From Anaerohalosphaeraceae bacterium (GTDB taxonomy: Bacteria; Planctomycetota; Phycisphaerae; Sedimentisphaerales; Anaerohalosphaeraceae), in NCBI GenBank assembly GCA_050309605.1, contig JBNRMN010000033.1:96001-160000 (forward strand): a stretch of 64,000 nt of DNA, given 5' to 3'. A model generated the notes under the pieces. The model was not told the origin of the DNA, did not search any database, and saw nothing but the letters and a program-made list of their open reading frames with translations. The translations under genes were made by a program, and so were the position numbers. Below, one piece after another: positions 19,914 to 29,310 of the stretch; the stretch's first letter is position 1, and each line of letters begins with the position of its first letter.

Positions 19914-20696
19914 TCAAAGCCTTACCTCTGTCGAAGCCGATTTCAGCGGGGCGGCGGTCAGGGCAAACGGCATCCGGCGCCCGGCCCGCTGAAACGCCTG
20001 TGTCGTTTCCTGTACGGCCAGTCGAGGTGTATTGCGCTGGCTGCTCAGATGGCCGAGCATCACGTGTTTCGGCGGTGTTTTACTTTCTTCGACCACGGCC
20101 ATCAGCAGCTCGGCGGTCTGCGGGTTGGGCAGGTGGTAACGGCTGTTTGGGTTGAAGTTTTGCCGAAGCAGCGCCAGGTCGTGATTGGATTCGATAAAAA
20201 TAAAGTCCGCCTCCACAAAATGACCGAGCCGATTCTGCCATTCGCACAAGTCGGTGGCAATGACTATTTTCCTGTCCTGATGGAGGATTTCAAACCCGAA
20301 CGTTGCACACCACGGCTGATGGGCCACCTCGAACGGGCGAATCCGAAAATCGCCTACATCAAACACGTCATCGGCAAACGGCGCCAGCTTCAGCGCGCTA
20401 AACCGACGACCGTTGTAATGCTTGTCTTTCAACTGGCCCACACTGGCTTCGTGCAGTCGAATCGGCAGTGCCATCTGTTCGAGTGCCCGCAGCGGATAAT
20501 AAGCAATATGGTCGCTGTGCGTATGCGTCAGCAATACAGCCGAGACGGGAACGCTGTCATGCAGGGCCGCCAGCGTTTCACGGGTCCGCCGCATAGACGA
20601 CAGCCCGCAGTCAATCACCAGACGGGTGGATTCACTGTTCAGGGTGATGCAGTTTCCTGCACTGCTGCTGCAAAGAGTTTGGAAAAAAACTGCCAT
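19914..20696 (-). CDS. MBL-fold metallo-hydrolase (YycJ/WalJ-like)
   Basis: SSSAGNC, IDCG, THTHSDH, IESNHD, HL, LGHLS..RN.P. Confidence 0.88.
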   Translation of the reverse strand: MAVFFQTLCSSSAGNCITLNSESTRLVIDCGLSSMRRTRETLAALHDSVPVSAVLLTHTHSDHIAYYPLRALEQMALPIRLHEASVGQLKDKHYNGRRFSALKLAPFADDVFDVGDFRIRPFEVAHQPWCATFGFEILHQDRKIVIATDLCEWQNRLGHFVEADFIFIESNHDLALLRQNFNPNSRYHLPNPQTAELLMAVVEESKTPPKHVMLGHLSSQRNTPRLAVQETTQAFQRAGRRMPFALTAAPLKSASTEVRL

Positions 20697-20763
20697 TCCA
20701 TCCCTGGAAATCAAAAGGGGAAAGTGTCAATTCAAACGGTCTGGGCTGCGTTGTATTAACAGC

Positions 20764-21204
20764 CTATCTGTTGAACGGTCTGTTGTTGAAACGCCGTTTG
20801 TGTTTCGCATTTTTGGGCGGTACATCCTTGATTTTCCGTCGGGCCTTGGGTGTGGGCGGCGTCGGTTTCTTTTTTTTGCGTTTGGGTTTGTGCTCCATCA
20901 GATACAGCGACTTGGCGCAGGCCTCTCGCGTCACCTCGTCGGCGCTTTCGCGACCTTGCCGGAGCACCTCGACAGCCATTTTTTTCATTCGGCCTTTCAT
21001 ATTGCGCAGGCCGTACGCGGCGGCTTTTTTGGCGGTTTTGGGGTAATCGCCGAACAGCGCCTCTTTGAGCAGGGTCAACCCGTCCTCCTGCAGCCACGAA
21101 AGATTATAAGCCGCCACACGGGCAACCGAAATATTTTCGGAAAGCAGTTTGTCCCGCAGGTTTTTGAGCAACTCAATCGTTGCCGGATCGCGTTCTCGTT
21201 CCAT
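20764..21204 (-). CDS. Hypothetical protein: HEAT-like helical core with a Lys/Arg-rich tail
   Basis: 146-aa ORF with GGAGG RBS; AR.AAYNL and AKKAAAYGL helical repeats. Confidence 0.7.
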   Translation of the reverse strand: MERERDPATIELLKNLRDKLLSENISVARVAAYNLSWLQEDGLTLLKEALFGDYPKTAKKAAAYGLRNMKGRMKKMAVEVLRQGRESADEVTREACAKSLYLMEHKPKRKKKKPTPPTPKARRKIKDVPPKNAKHKRRFNNRPFNR

Positions 21205-21460
21205 AACAGCCCTCCCGTTCTGATATCCTTTCAGTTCCCGTTCACAATTTCCATAACTTTTGCATTTTCACAAAAATTGACCACAAATGCAAGTCCCAAT
21301 CCGCCTCAATCCGTCCAATTGCACACAATTGTTAAAATAACTCTGAATGGTGAGCGGGTCAACCTGAAACAGGATATGTTACAGTCAAAATAAATACATT
21401 TTGGACGAGGCAAACCATAACAATAGACAGCGACGCCTATCTTGACGTTTTGGGTTTTTT

Positions 21461-22300
21461 TTACAGTGGATTTATGTCATTCGATTGCCCTGTGCGGACG
21501 ATGCTCGTATGGGGCGCGGCAAAGGTGCGGATGGCCCCGGCGTCCAACTGGACAATCAGGCCGTCGGCCGGATCGATCCCCCGGCAAAAGCCGCTGAAGG
21601 TGCGGTTGTCGCATTCGACGGTGATGTGTTGTCCGAGCAGCGTGCTGAGCTGCGCCCAGCGTTCAATGACCGGATTGACCGGGCTGGCCAGCCCCGCCAA
21701 CGCTCGGTCGAGCCATTCTTCCAGTGCCGCCATGAGCGTGCACGTCAGAGCCGTGCGGTCAACAAGGGTGCCGGTTTCGATGCGAAGACTGGTCGCCGGT
21801 GAGCGAAGGCGGCCATCGGCCAATGCCTGGGCGGTTTGATTGCAATTGATGCCAATGCCGACGACAAAACACACCCGCCTTCCGATGGTGCGTTTTTCTA
21901 CCAGGATCCCGGCCAGTTTGTTGCCTTTAACGAGGATGTCGTTGGGCCATTTGATGCCGGCGTTCACCCCGCAGAACGAACAAACCGCCTCCGCAGTCGC
22001 CACCGCAGCGGCCAGGGTCAGCAGCTCCGCTTCGATCGGCGTATCAATCAGCAAAACCGAACAAAGGAGACTTTCGCCCGGCCGGCTGTGCCAGAGGCGT
22101 CCGCGGCGCCCGCGTCCGGCGGTCTGCTGCTCGGCCAGTACGCACAGCCCGTGATGCGCCGAATTGCCCGCATATGCCCACGCAATATCGTTCGTCGAGG
22201 CGGTCGTCTTAAACACCACCACCTTGCCCCCCACAACGCACCCCTCACGCGCCGCCTCAATCCGATCAACATCCAGTCCCGCCGCATTCACAATCGTCAT
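21461..22300 (-). CDS. birA: Biotin--[acetyl-CoA carboxylase] ligase (no N-terminal HTH)
   Basis: STND, AEQQTAGRGRRGR.W, IKWPNDI, KLAGIL.E, VGIGIN. Start taken at ATG 22300 after AAGGA. Confidence 0.93.
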   Translation of the reverse strand: MTIVNAAGLDVDRIEAAREGCVVGGKVVVFKTTASTNDIAWAYAGNSAHHGLCVLAEQQTAGRGRRGRLWHSRPGESLLCSVLLIDTPIEAELLTLAAAVATAEAVCSFCGVNAGIKWPNDILVKGNKLAGILVEKRTIGRRVCFVVGIGINCNQTAQALADGRLRSPATSLRIETGTLVDRTALTCTLMAALEEWLDRALAGLASPVNPVIERWAQLSTLLGQHITVECDNRTFSGFCRGIDPADGLIVQLDAGAIRTFAAPHTSIVRTGQSNDINPL

Positions 22301-22569
22301 TCGTCCTTGTCTGTCCATAAAAAAGAGGGGCACCTTCGACAAAGAATACGTCTTGACGGTGATGACCCCGCTGTGTAATATGATGTGGAACATCCGGTAT
22401 CGCAACGTTTGCTGTTCCCGGCATAAGCGCCGATTATGTCGGCCAATGTGAGCCTGTCAAGGAGAAAAATAGTGGCTGTTCGGGGCGTTACTCTTAATCG
22501 ACTCGATTATTTAAATAACTCCGAGCAAAAAGTGAAGATGTTTTAGAGAAATAATAAGGAGTGATCAAG

Positions 22570-23199
22570 ATGGAAAACACAAGTCCGAAAAGAGCCATGC
22601 TGTTCATAAATTTTTGCATTATTCTCAGTTGTTTAATGCTCATCTTGACTTACTTTTTGCCTGTAGAAGCGCAATGGAAACCCTTTGATGCATGGAAAGG
22701 ATATTGGGAGCCGGGCACAGGTCGCGTTATTCAAAGTACATTGATCAGCTTGTTCGCAATATTTCCATATGGTGTTGGCCTTATTGTTTTACTCGGTTTG
22801 GTATTTCGTCAATTCCCTAAAGCCTGTATGCTAAAATCACTTCTCTATTTCATTGGGTGGGTGTCGGTCGGCGTTTATAGAATTCATGAAATTGCCAAAG
22901 ACGAACTTTATAATCATCCGAAACTATGGGGGTTTCTCGGAACCATAATCATTTTGTCCCTGACTTCAGTTTTTTTCTGTGTTGGACGTAAGTTTTCAAA
23001 AATGAAAGCATGTCAAATATACTTGATACTTCTCGCCTTGGGTAGCCTGCTTCAACAAATGTGTGAAATTGCTTGGTATCTTTTAGAAGATGGATTGTTG
23101 TTAAATATTGGTTCGGTCACAGGCATTACCTCAGCAACAACTCTGTTAATTTGCTTAGTTACAAAAAGTCTCGTGATTTCCGATATCAAAGAAAGGTAA
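22570..23199 (+). CDS. Hypothetical multi-pass membrane protein, AT-rich
   Basis: About 6 hydrophobic segments; AAGGAG RBS 8 nt upstream of ATG 22570; visibly lower GC than the flanks. Confidence 0.7.
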   Translation: MENTSPKRAMLFINFCIILSCLMLILTYFLPVEAQWKPFDAWKGYWEPGTGRVIQSTLISLFAIFPYGVGLIVLLGLVFRQFPKACMLKSLLYFIGWVSVGVYRIHEIAKDELYNHPKLWGFLGTIIILSLTSVFFCVGRKFSKMKACQIYLILLALGSLLQQMCEIAWYLLEDGLLLNIGSVTGITSATTLLICLVTKSLVISDIKER

Positions 23200-23250
23200 C
23201 CGTTTCCATTTAAATCCTACCTGTCCAGTCCGATATCGACGGCCACGAAT

Positions 23251-23628
23251 TAAATAGGGACAGTGGGGCTGTTGAAGAGGTCCGTTAAACCAAGATAAAT
23301 TTTCATGCCGCAATTTTTCGCGGAATTATTTTTACTTTTCCCCTAATTTCTTCTCTGGCAGCACTACGGAATTCCCTAAAGCGTTTTGTCACAAAATGTC
23401 GGCCTGCAAATCGCAAAAAACACAATAATACGGCGGCCAGCTGCTTGAGAATATGATCGTCGGGTATGAGGGTGGATAACGGCCCGGCAACGAACAAATC
23501 CTCCTGCCAGCGATCCTGTTTACCAATCACAATCAAACCTCCATGATTGAAATTATTACGGGGCTAACCTATAATGATAGTATAAGGGATGCAGGGGGCT
23601 TTTTCAACAGCCCCACTGTCCCTATTTA
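23251..23628. mobile_element. Internally deleted IS (IS1182/IS5-like) bounded by a perfect 26-bp inverted repeat
   Basis: TAAATAGGGACAGTGGGGCTGTTGAA at 23251-23276 and its exact reverse complement at 23603-23628, enclosing a transposase N-terminal fragment. Confidence 0.75.
23303..23530 (-). pseudogene. Transposase remnant (DUF772-like N-terminus only)
   Basis: GGAGG RBS, then (V)IGKQDRWQEDLFVAGPLSTLIPDDHILKQ; resemblance to a transposase is lost after that and there is no DDE domain. Confidence 0.7.
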
Positions 23629-23781
23629 TCCCATTTATTCTCATTTATCCTTCTAAAAAGGCAAAAATTACCCTCTTTGTTCTCATTATTAAAAAATTTT
23701 TGATTTTATTCGGTAATTTTTACCGTTCTAAGGTCTTATATCATAGGATAATTTCTATACAAGGGTTTTTGAGAATAACAG

Positions 23782-24330
23782 ATGGGTGAACTGGGTGCAC
23801 AATCTGCTGGCTCTGATCAAAACAGAGAATTTGTAGAACTTTTTACAAAACACCAGAAGCAAATCTTTTTCTTTATTTTGAATTTGGTATCCAATCATAC
23901 CGATGCAGAAGACCTCCTTCAGCAGACGGCCGTGGATATGTGGAAGATGTTCGGACGTTATGTGCAGAAGACAAACTTTCTAAACTGGTCTCTTGCCATC
24001 GCAAAATTCAGGGTGTTGAAGTTTCGTCGGGAACAGAACAAAAAAACTCGGATTCTCAATGACATTCTATTTCAAAAACTCGCTGACGACCTTCTGAAGC
24101 GACAAGACACAGGCGATGAACAAGTTGCCTTAGAGGGTTGTCTCAAGCGTCTCGATAATTCGGAGCGGGACCTGCTGCGTCTTCACTATGAAGACGGGTT
24201 GACCTACAGGGCGATTGCAGAGAAGTGTCATTGTGCAGAGCGAAGAATGTATACAATCATGTCTCGGATTCATTTGGCACTGCACGACTGTATCCTGAAG
24301 ACCCTGGTTCTATGGAAGGGTGACGTATGA
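23782..24330 (+). CDS. ECF sigma-70 factor, paralogue of 12446-13000
   Basis: FILNLVSNHTDAEDLLQQT..MW, TNF..W..IAKF, CL.RL...YEDGLTY..IA; ATGA overlap with the next gene. Confidence 0.92.
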   Translation: MGELGAQSAGSDQNREFVELFTKHQKQIFFFILNLVSNHTDAEDLLQQTAVDMWKMFGRYVQKTNFLNWSLAIAKFRVLKFRREQNKKTRILNDILFQKLADDLLKRQDTGDEQVALEGCLKRLDNSERDLLRLHYEDGLTYRAIAEKCHCAERRMYTIMSRIHLALHDCILKTLVLWKGDV

Positions 24331-26015
24331 GCAGCAAACAGGAGCTTGAATTTGCTCAGTTGGTGCTGTCCGCCCTGGAAGGTGATATCTCCGGAGAGCA
24401 GAGCAGGGTTCTGACGAATACCCTGAACCGCGATCCGAAAGCATTGCCCCTTTATGTCAGCCTCATGAAAATCTATACGGAATTATCGCCTTTCGGCAGT
24501 GTTCGTATTCCTCCGATTTCAGAGCCGCAGTCAGACAACCAGGCGGAAAACCTCAATGAACTGCTCAATATCCTGGCTGCCGAAGAGAATAACGCTCCGA
24601 TTGTGAACGTTCCCAAACCGGTCGAACCCAAACCGATCTCTAAACCGGATGAAATGCCGGTTCCGGTACGGAAAGTCAGCACACTTAACTTATGGATACT
24701 TGGTCTGTCTATGGCGGCCCTGCTGGTGATTGTCACCTTTCTGAAGATTGTTCCCTATTTCGAAACGGTTCCGGTCGCCACCCTAAGCGATTCTATCCAT
24801 GCGGAATATATCGACGAAACATTTCCGGCCGGAAGCCGGCTGACCAATCGGAAAGAACCCTATCGCCTGCAAAAGGGAGTCGCCAGGATAGCGTTTGACT
24901 CCGGGGCCAGCGTCGTCATTGAAGCGCCTGCGGAATTCCAGATTAACACCCGCAATACGATGGTTCTGCATTCGGGCCGGCTTTTTGCCGTCGTGCCCGA
25001 ACAGGCAACCGGATTTACCGTCAAGACAGCGACTTCGACCGTGATTGACCTGGGAACGGAATTCGGTTTGCATGTGGCGGCTTCTCAGGAAACAGAGCTG
25101 CATGTCTTCTCGGGAAAAACAAAGCTCTATGTTTCCCTGTTTAACCAGCCCCAGATAACCACCGGCCAGGCCAGAAGCGTGGACGCCGTCACCGGCGCGA
25201 TTAAAACAATCCCTTTTGAAAAGTACCGCTTCATTCGCCGCATTGACTCCGGCGCCAATATCATCAGCCGGGGGCGAGATATGATCAGTCTTGCGGACTT
25301 GGTTAAGGGCGGCAATGGATACGGAACTTCATGGAAAACGTCCGAAATCTATTCGGTCGATACGGGCCAAAAAATCATCGACCGCAACGACGGGTATCGA
25401 ACCCTCGATAATACGTACCGGAAGGTGGCGGCCAACCCCTTCATCGACGGGATTTTTGTTCCGAACGGGAATCATCAGACGGTCAGTTCCGATGGGCATG
25501 TTTTTGCGGATTGCCCCGAAACGTCCGGTTTATTTTTTTCTGATTTGCGTTTTAGCAACTCCTGGGAATACGCCCCTCCCGCCGCGCGGCTGTATCAAAC
25601 GCAGCGAAACCTGAATTTTGCTCCCGCTGTTGTGTTGATGCACTCCAATATCGGCGTCACATTTGACCTGGATGCTGTCCGCAGACAGTTTCCCGGTCGG
25701 TCGATCCGCCGTTTTCTGACCTCGGCAGGCAATTTATTCGTGTTTGAAGGCATCCCGGTTGCCGGAGCGGAAGAATATTCCCCGGGGAGTACGGAATTTG
25801 ATGTATGGATCGTTGTTGACGGGCAACTCCGATCGAAGGCCCCAAGGGTACGATGGGACAGCTTGATCGCTCTGGAGGCGCCGATTAGGGCGGGAGACCG
25901 TTTTTTGTCCATTCTGGTTACTGACGGGGGGATCGTGTATGAGGGCGACAATGCCAATCATTACGATTCATGCGGCCTGGCGGATATGCGGTTAGAAATT
26001 GAATTGATCGAATAA
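24327..26015 (+). CDS. FecR-family anti-sigma factor with C-terminal NPCBM/NEW2-like domain
   Basis: TM segment, GASVVIEAPA, GFTV.T...VIDLGTEFG, ISLADLV.GG.G.GT, IDGIFVP, MHSNIGVTFDL, RFLSILVTDGG. Confidence 0.85.
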   Translation: MSSKQELEFAQLVLSALEGDISGEQSRVLTNTLNRDPKALPLYVSLMKIYTELSPFGSVRIPPISEPQSDNQAENLNELLNILAAEENNAPIVNVPKPVEPKPISKPDEMPVPVRKVSTLNLWILGLSMAALLVIVTFLKIVPYFETVPVATLSDSIHAEYIDETFPAGSRLTNRKEPYRLQKGVARIAFDSGASVVIEAPAEFQINTRNTMVLHSGRLFAVVPEQATGFTVKTATSTVIDLGTEFGLHVAASQETELHVFSGKTKLYVSLFNQPQITTGQARSVDAVTGAIKTIPFEKYRFIRRIDSGANIISRGRDMISLADLVKGGNGYGTSWKTSEIYSVDTGQKIIDRNDGYRTLDNTYRKVAANPFIDGIFVPNGNHQTVSSDGHVFADCPETSGLFFSDLRFSNSWEYAPPAARLYQTQRNLNFAPAVVLMHSNIGVTFDLDAVRRQFPGRSIRRFLTSAGNLFVFEGIPVAGAEEYSPGSTEFDVWIVVDGQLRSKAPRVRWDSLIALEAPIRAGDRFLSILVTDGGIVYEGDNANHYDSCGLADMRLEIELIE

Positions 26016-26103
26016 CATTTCCCTGCGGCGCGCAGCGCCGGGGGCTGTGATATCGGGCTTGGTGAAAAACATGATCTAACTTTATTTGTGAAAGGGTAAT
26101 GAG

Positions 26104-28320
26104 ATGAAAAGAGTAGCAGGATTCGTTTGCATGATGCTTGCAGCGGGAGTGGTTTCCAGCAGCTTTGCGATGTCCCCCATCCTGATGGGTGATTTTGAAA
26201 GCGGTTCGGTCATACATAGTTCGCAAGACATTCGCTGGGACGGCTGGATGGTCAACCTTAACAGTTCGGCCGTCACTGTTCCTGCGGTGGCGGCAACGCG
26301 CGGCACTCACTCACTGAAATGGGTTGATCTTGACGGCGGCGACTGGCTTGCTGATAGTATCACTTATCCCTTCGGCGCTACATTGGATGAAAGGCTGGAG
26401 GCGTGGCTGAATCCCGGCTCCGCTATTACCGTTGATGTAACCGCCATCCCGGACGAAGTAACCGGCGGTTGGGCAGCGCTGGGTCTTTTCTTCAATGCTG
26501 CCGGCGGCTGGGGATTTGATGATACAACCTGGCAGGATATCATTGTCGATGGAACCCCGCACACCTATGTGTTCTATGTGACTGAACGGGTCAGAGAGGT
26601 GATTTTGGACTCCATCGGCGGTTGGGGATGTAATCTCGGCTTTGGGATGAGGACAGCGGCCGGAGAAGCGATAACGCTTTACCTCGACAATATCTGGATC
26701 TATCCGGACGGCCCGACTGCTCACTTGTTTCCTCATGCTCCGAGTTATGATGAGGTGATCAGTCTGGACCCGGATTATTCGGACATTACTTTGAAGTGGA
26801 AAGCGCCCGCCGATCCGGGTGATCCGAATCGCCTTCCGGATCCGAATGTGATCTATGCAGTTCATCCGGATATTGTCGATCAATACGTTTTCATGGCAGA
26901 GTTAGGCTCTCCTGATCCGAATCTGTATTATGTCGGCAATACGGGTATAGATCCGGGGACAGACGATCCGGATTCTGAGTTTGGCATACTCACCCTGCCT
27001 GTCAACAGCGCTTATCGCTGGGCTGTTGTGTCGGTGCTGGATGGGTATGAGCAGGTCTTAACGCCCACTGTCAGCCGCCTGATTGATGTGGATACGCGCA
27101 ATATCATCGGCCCGGTTTGGACTCTGCAGACGCGGATGACCACTCCGCAGATCCACACCCAACCAGTCAGTACGCGCTTCGGCGTAAACGATGCAGAGGC
27201 ACAGTTCACGGTGGGTGTAGATATGGGTTATGCACCGTCTTATCAGTGGTATTATTCTCTGGATGCAGTGATTGATGACGGAGATGTTCCGATCTCCCAA
27301 GCCATCGGCGGGAATACCGATACGATGACAATTTCCGCTCGTAATAAAGCGTATCAGGCCTATTATTACTGCCGGGTTTGGAATGATTCCACCGTTTCCG
27401 GCGGCGGTACACAGCCGGACGTCTATTCCGATATCGTTTCACTGGTCGTGGAGCGCAAGGTGGCGGAATACCTGTTTGATGGGAACTTCAATGACACCAG
27501 CACCATGGCATTCCACGGCGCCGGCGTCGGCTCGCCGACCTTCGTATCCGGTGTGGGCGACAGCGGCCAGGCCTTGTCTCTGGACGGTTCCACGCAGTAT
27601 GTGGTACTCGGCGATCCGGCCGACCCCAACACGTTTAATAAGGCTTTCCCGCGTGCCGACCTGCTTGCCGAGGGCGGCATAGGCGGCGGTCTGGATGTCG
27701 GAAGTATCACGTGCTGGATTAAATTGAACCCCACCGCAGCCGATCAGATATCGCCGATCATGTTCAATGCCAATGGCGGCTGGCCGCATACGGAATTCCG
27801 GTTTGAGATTCCTACGGATTCTGCGGCGGCGAATACCAATCTGCGGTCCTACATTTGGGGCGATACCGGCGACCTGCTCTTCTGGATGGATGTCAACCCG
27901 GTGTGGGCCGACCCCTTCAATATGGGCGGTGACGGCCAGTGGCATATGCTTGCGTTAACCTGGGACATGAATGGAACCGTAAAGTCCTATGTGAACGGCA
28001 ATTTGCTGGCTTCCTGGAACGCCGGTCCGAGTGTGTTCTCTGCGTGGAACAACGCCCCGATGCGGATTGGCTTTGACGGCGACAATTACTTTGGCGGACT
28101 GATTGACAACCTGAGAGTCTATAACTATGAAATTACAGCGGAAGAGATTGTCGAGGAATACTACAGTGTGACAGGCCAACCCGGATGTATTTATGACTTT
28201 GCCGGCAGTGCCTTGAATGTGAACCAGTTGGGATCCTCGTACTGTCGGCTTGATCTGGCTGATTTAGCCGCATTTGCGGCCTACTGGCTCAATGACGGGT
28301 TTTATACCCCGGTTCCATAA
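26104..28320 (+). CDS. Secreted modular protein: CBM-like N-domain, Ig-like domain, LamG, dockerin-like C-terminus
   Basis: Signal peptide; GDFE..; I.TQP...YQWY...YYCRV; WHMLALTWD..YVNG...IDNLRVYN; CRLDLADLAAFAAYWL. Confidence 0.85.
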   Translation: MKRVAGFVCMMLAAGVVSSSFAMSPILMGDFESGSVIHSSQDIRWDGWMVNLNSSAVTVPAVAATRGTHSLKWVDLDGGDWLADSITYPFGATLDERLEAWLNPGSAITVDVTAIPDEVTGGWAALGLFFNAAGGWGFDDTTWQDIIVDGTPHTYVFYVTERVREVILDSIGGWGCNLGFGMRTAAGEAITLYLDNIWIYPDGPTAHLFPHAPSYDEVISLDPDYSDITLKWKAPADPGDPNRLPDPNVIYAVHPDIVDQYVFMAELGSPDPNLYYVGNTGIDPGTDDPDSEFGILTLPVNSAYRWAVVSVLDGYEQVLTPTVSRLIDVDTRNIIGPVWTLQTRMTTPQIHTQPVSTRFGVNDAEAQFTVGVDMGYAPSYQWYYSLDAVIDDGDVPISQAIGGNTDTMTISARNKAYQAYYYCRVWNDSTVSGGGTQPDVYSDIVSLVVERKVAEYLFDGNFNDTSTMAFHGAGVGSPTFVSGVGDSGQALSLDGSTQYVVLGDPADPNTFNKAFPRADLLAEGGIGGGLDVGSITCWIKLNPTAADQISPIMFNANGGWPHTEFRFEIPTDSAAANTNLRSYIWGDTGDLLFWMDVNPVWADPFNMGGDGQWHMLALTWDMNGTVKSYVNGNLLASWNAGPSVFSAWNNAPMRIGFDGDNYFGGLIDNLRVYNYEITAEEIVEEYYSVTGQPGCIYDFAGSALNVNQLGSSYCRLDLADLAAFAAYWLNDGFYTPVP

Positions 28321-28545
28321 ATCGTGTTGGTTTCGGGTGTGATGCGGTATAACCAGTATATCATCATCTTTCCGCGAGCGGGCGGTGCGGGGCCGCCCGC
28401 TAACAACCTTGTGCGGGAATGATGCGTCAGCATGCGAATAAAAGGATTACCAGGCAAAGTGACGGAGCATGAGTGAAAGGTAAACAATGCAAGTCGTTGT
28501 CATGTGCGGTTGAAATGTAAACTTAATGTTGCGGAGGATTAAACG

Positions 28546-29190
28546 ATGAAAAATGCAGTGATGTTAATGTGTGTGTTGTCAATGGCGTCTCTTGGTTTGG
28601 GGGCCGTGGAAATCCTGGCTTACGATTTTGAAGGTTTAGACCCTTGGGGGTGGGGCGGCGGTACTGTTGTCGAAGGCATCGGTGCAACTTCAGGCGCCCA
28701 TTCTTTGATGACCGAAGGCGGAGGCTGGGGTGTACGTTGGGAAATGTATCTCAACGGTACGCCGGCAAAAGACGCCCTGGGCCAAGGCGGTTTTGTTATC
28801 GTTGATGTTACAACCTTTGCGGAAGATTTCCCCGACGCTTGGGGATCGATGGGCCTGATGATCAATGCAGGTGGCGAAAATAGCAGTACTTGGGATACTT
28901 ATGACTGGCAAGGCCTTGCGCTTGGTACGACTCAAACCCTTATATTCCAGTTTCCTGAAGAGGTGGCGGCGGCGATCTCAGGTTACGATTGGTGGTTCAA
29001 TGTTGGTTTTGCCACCAGCGCACCTGACGCGGTCCCTGCTGAATATGATCCGATTACAGGTGAACTCATTACGCCTGCGATTACCCCGACGTTCTATTTT
29101 GACAATGTCCGTATCGTTGTTCCGGAACCTGCAACACTTTCTCTGCTGGGGGTTGGCGCTCTGGCGATGCGGAAACGTCGCATCGCGTAA
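28546..29190 (+). CDS. PEP-CTERM sorting-domain protein with a CBM-like domain
   Basis: Signal peptide; C-terminal VPEPATLSLLGVGALAMRKRR; GGAGG RBS. Confidence 0.92.
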   Translation: MKNAVMLMCVLSMASLGLGAVEILAYDFEGLDPWGWGGGTVVEGIGATSGAHSLMTEGGGWGVRWEMYLNGTPAKDALGQGGFVIVDVTTFAEDFPDAWGSMGLMINAGGENSSTWDTYDWQGLALGTTQTLIFQFPEEVAAAISGYDWWFNVGFATSAPDAVPAEYDPITGELITPAITPTFYFDNVRIVVPEPATLSLLGVGALAMRKRRIA

Positions 29191-29310
29191 GTTGACTCAG
29201 AAATGGTCAGTTTCGGCGGGCCGGCATGAAAGTGTCGGCTCGCATTCTAAACAGCAATTCTTCAGATACGGCACGATGACGATGATGATTCTCTGTTCGG
29301 GGATAGAAAG

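Noticed and set aside
22468..22485. AAATAGTGGCTGTT as a third copy of the island-edge repeat
   Set aside because: Only partial similarity to TAAATAGGGACAGT; too short to support.
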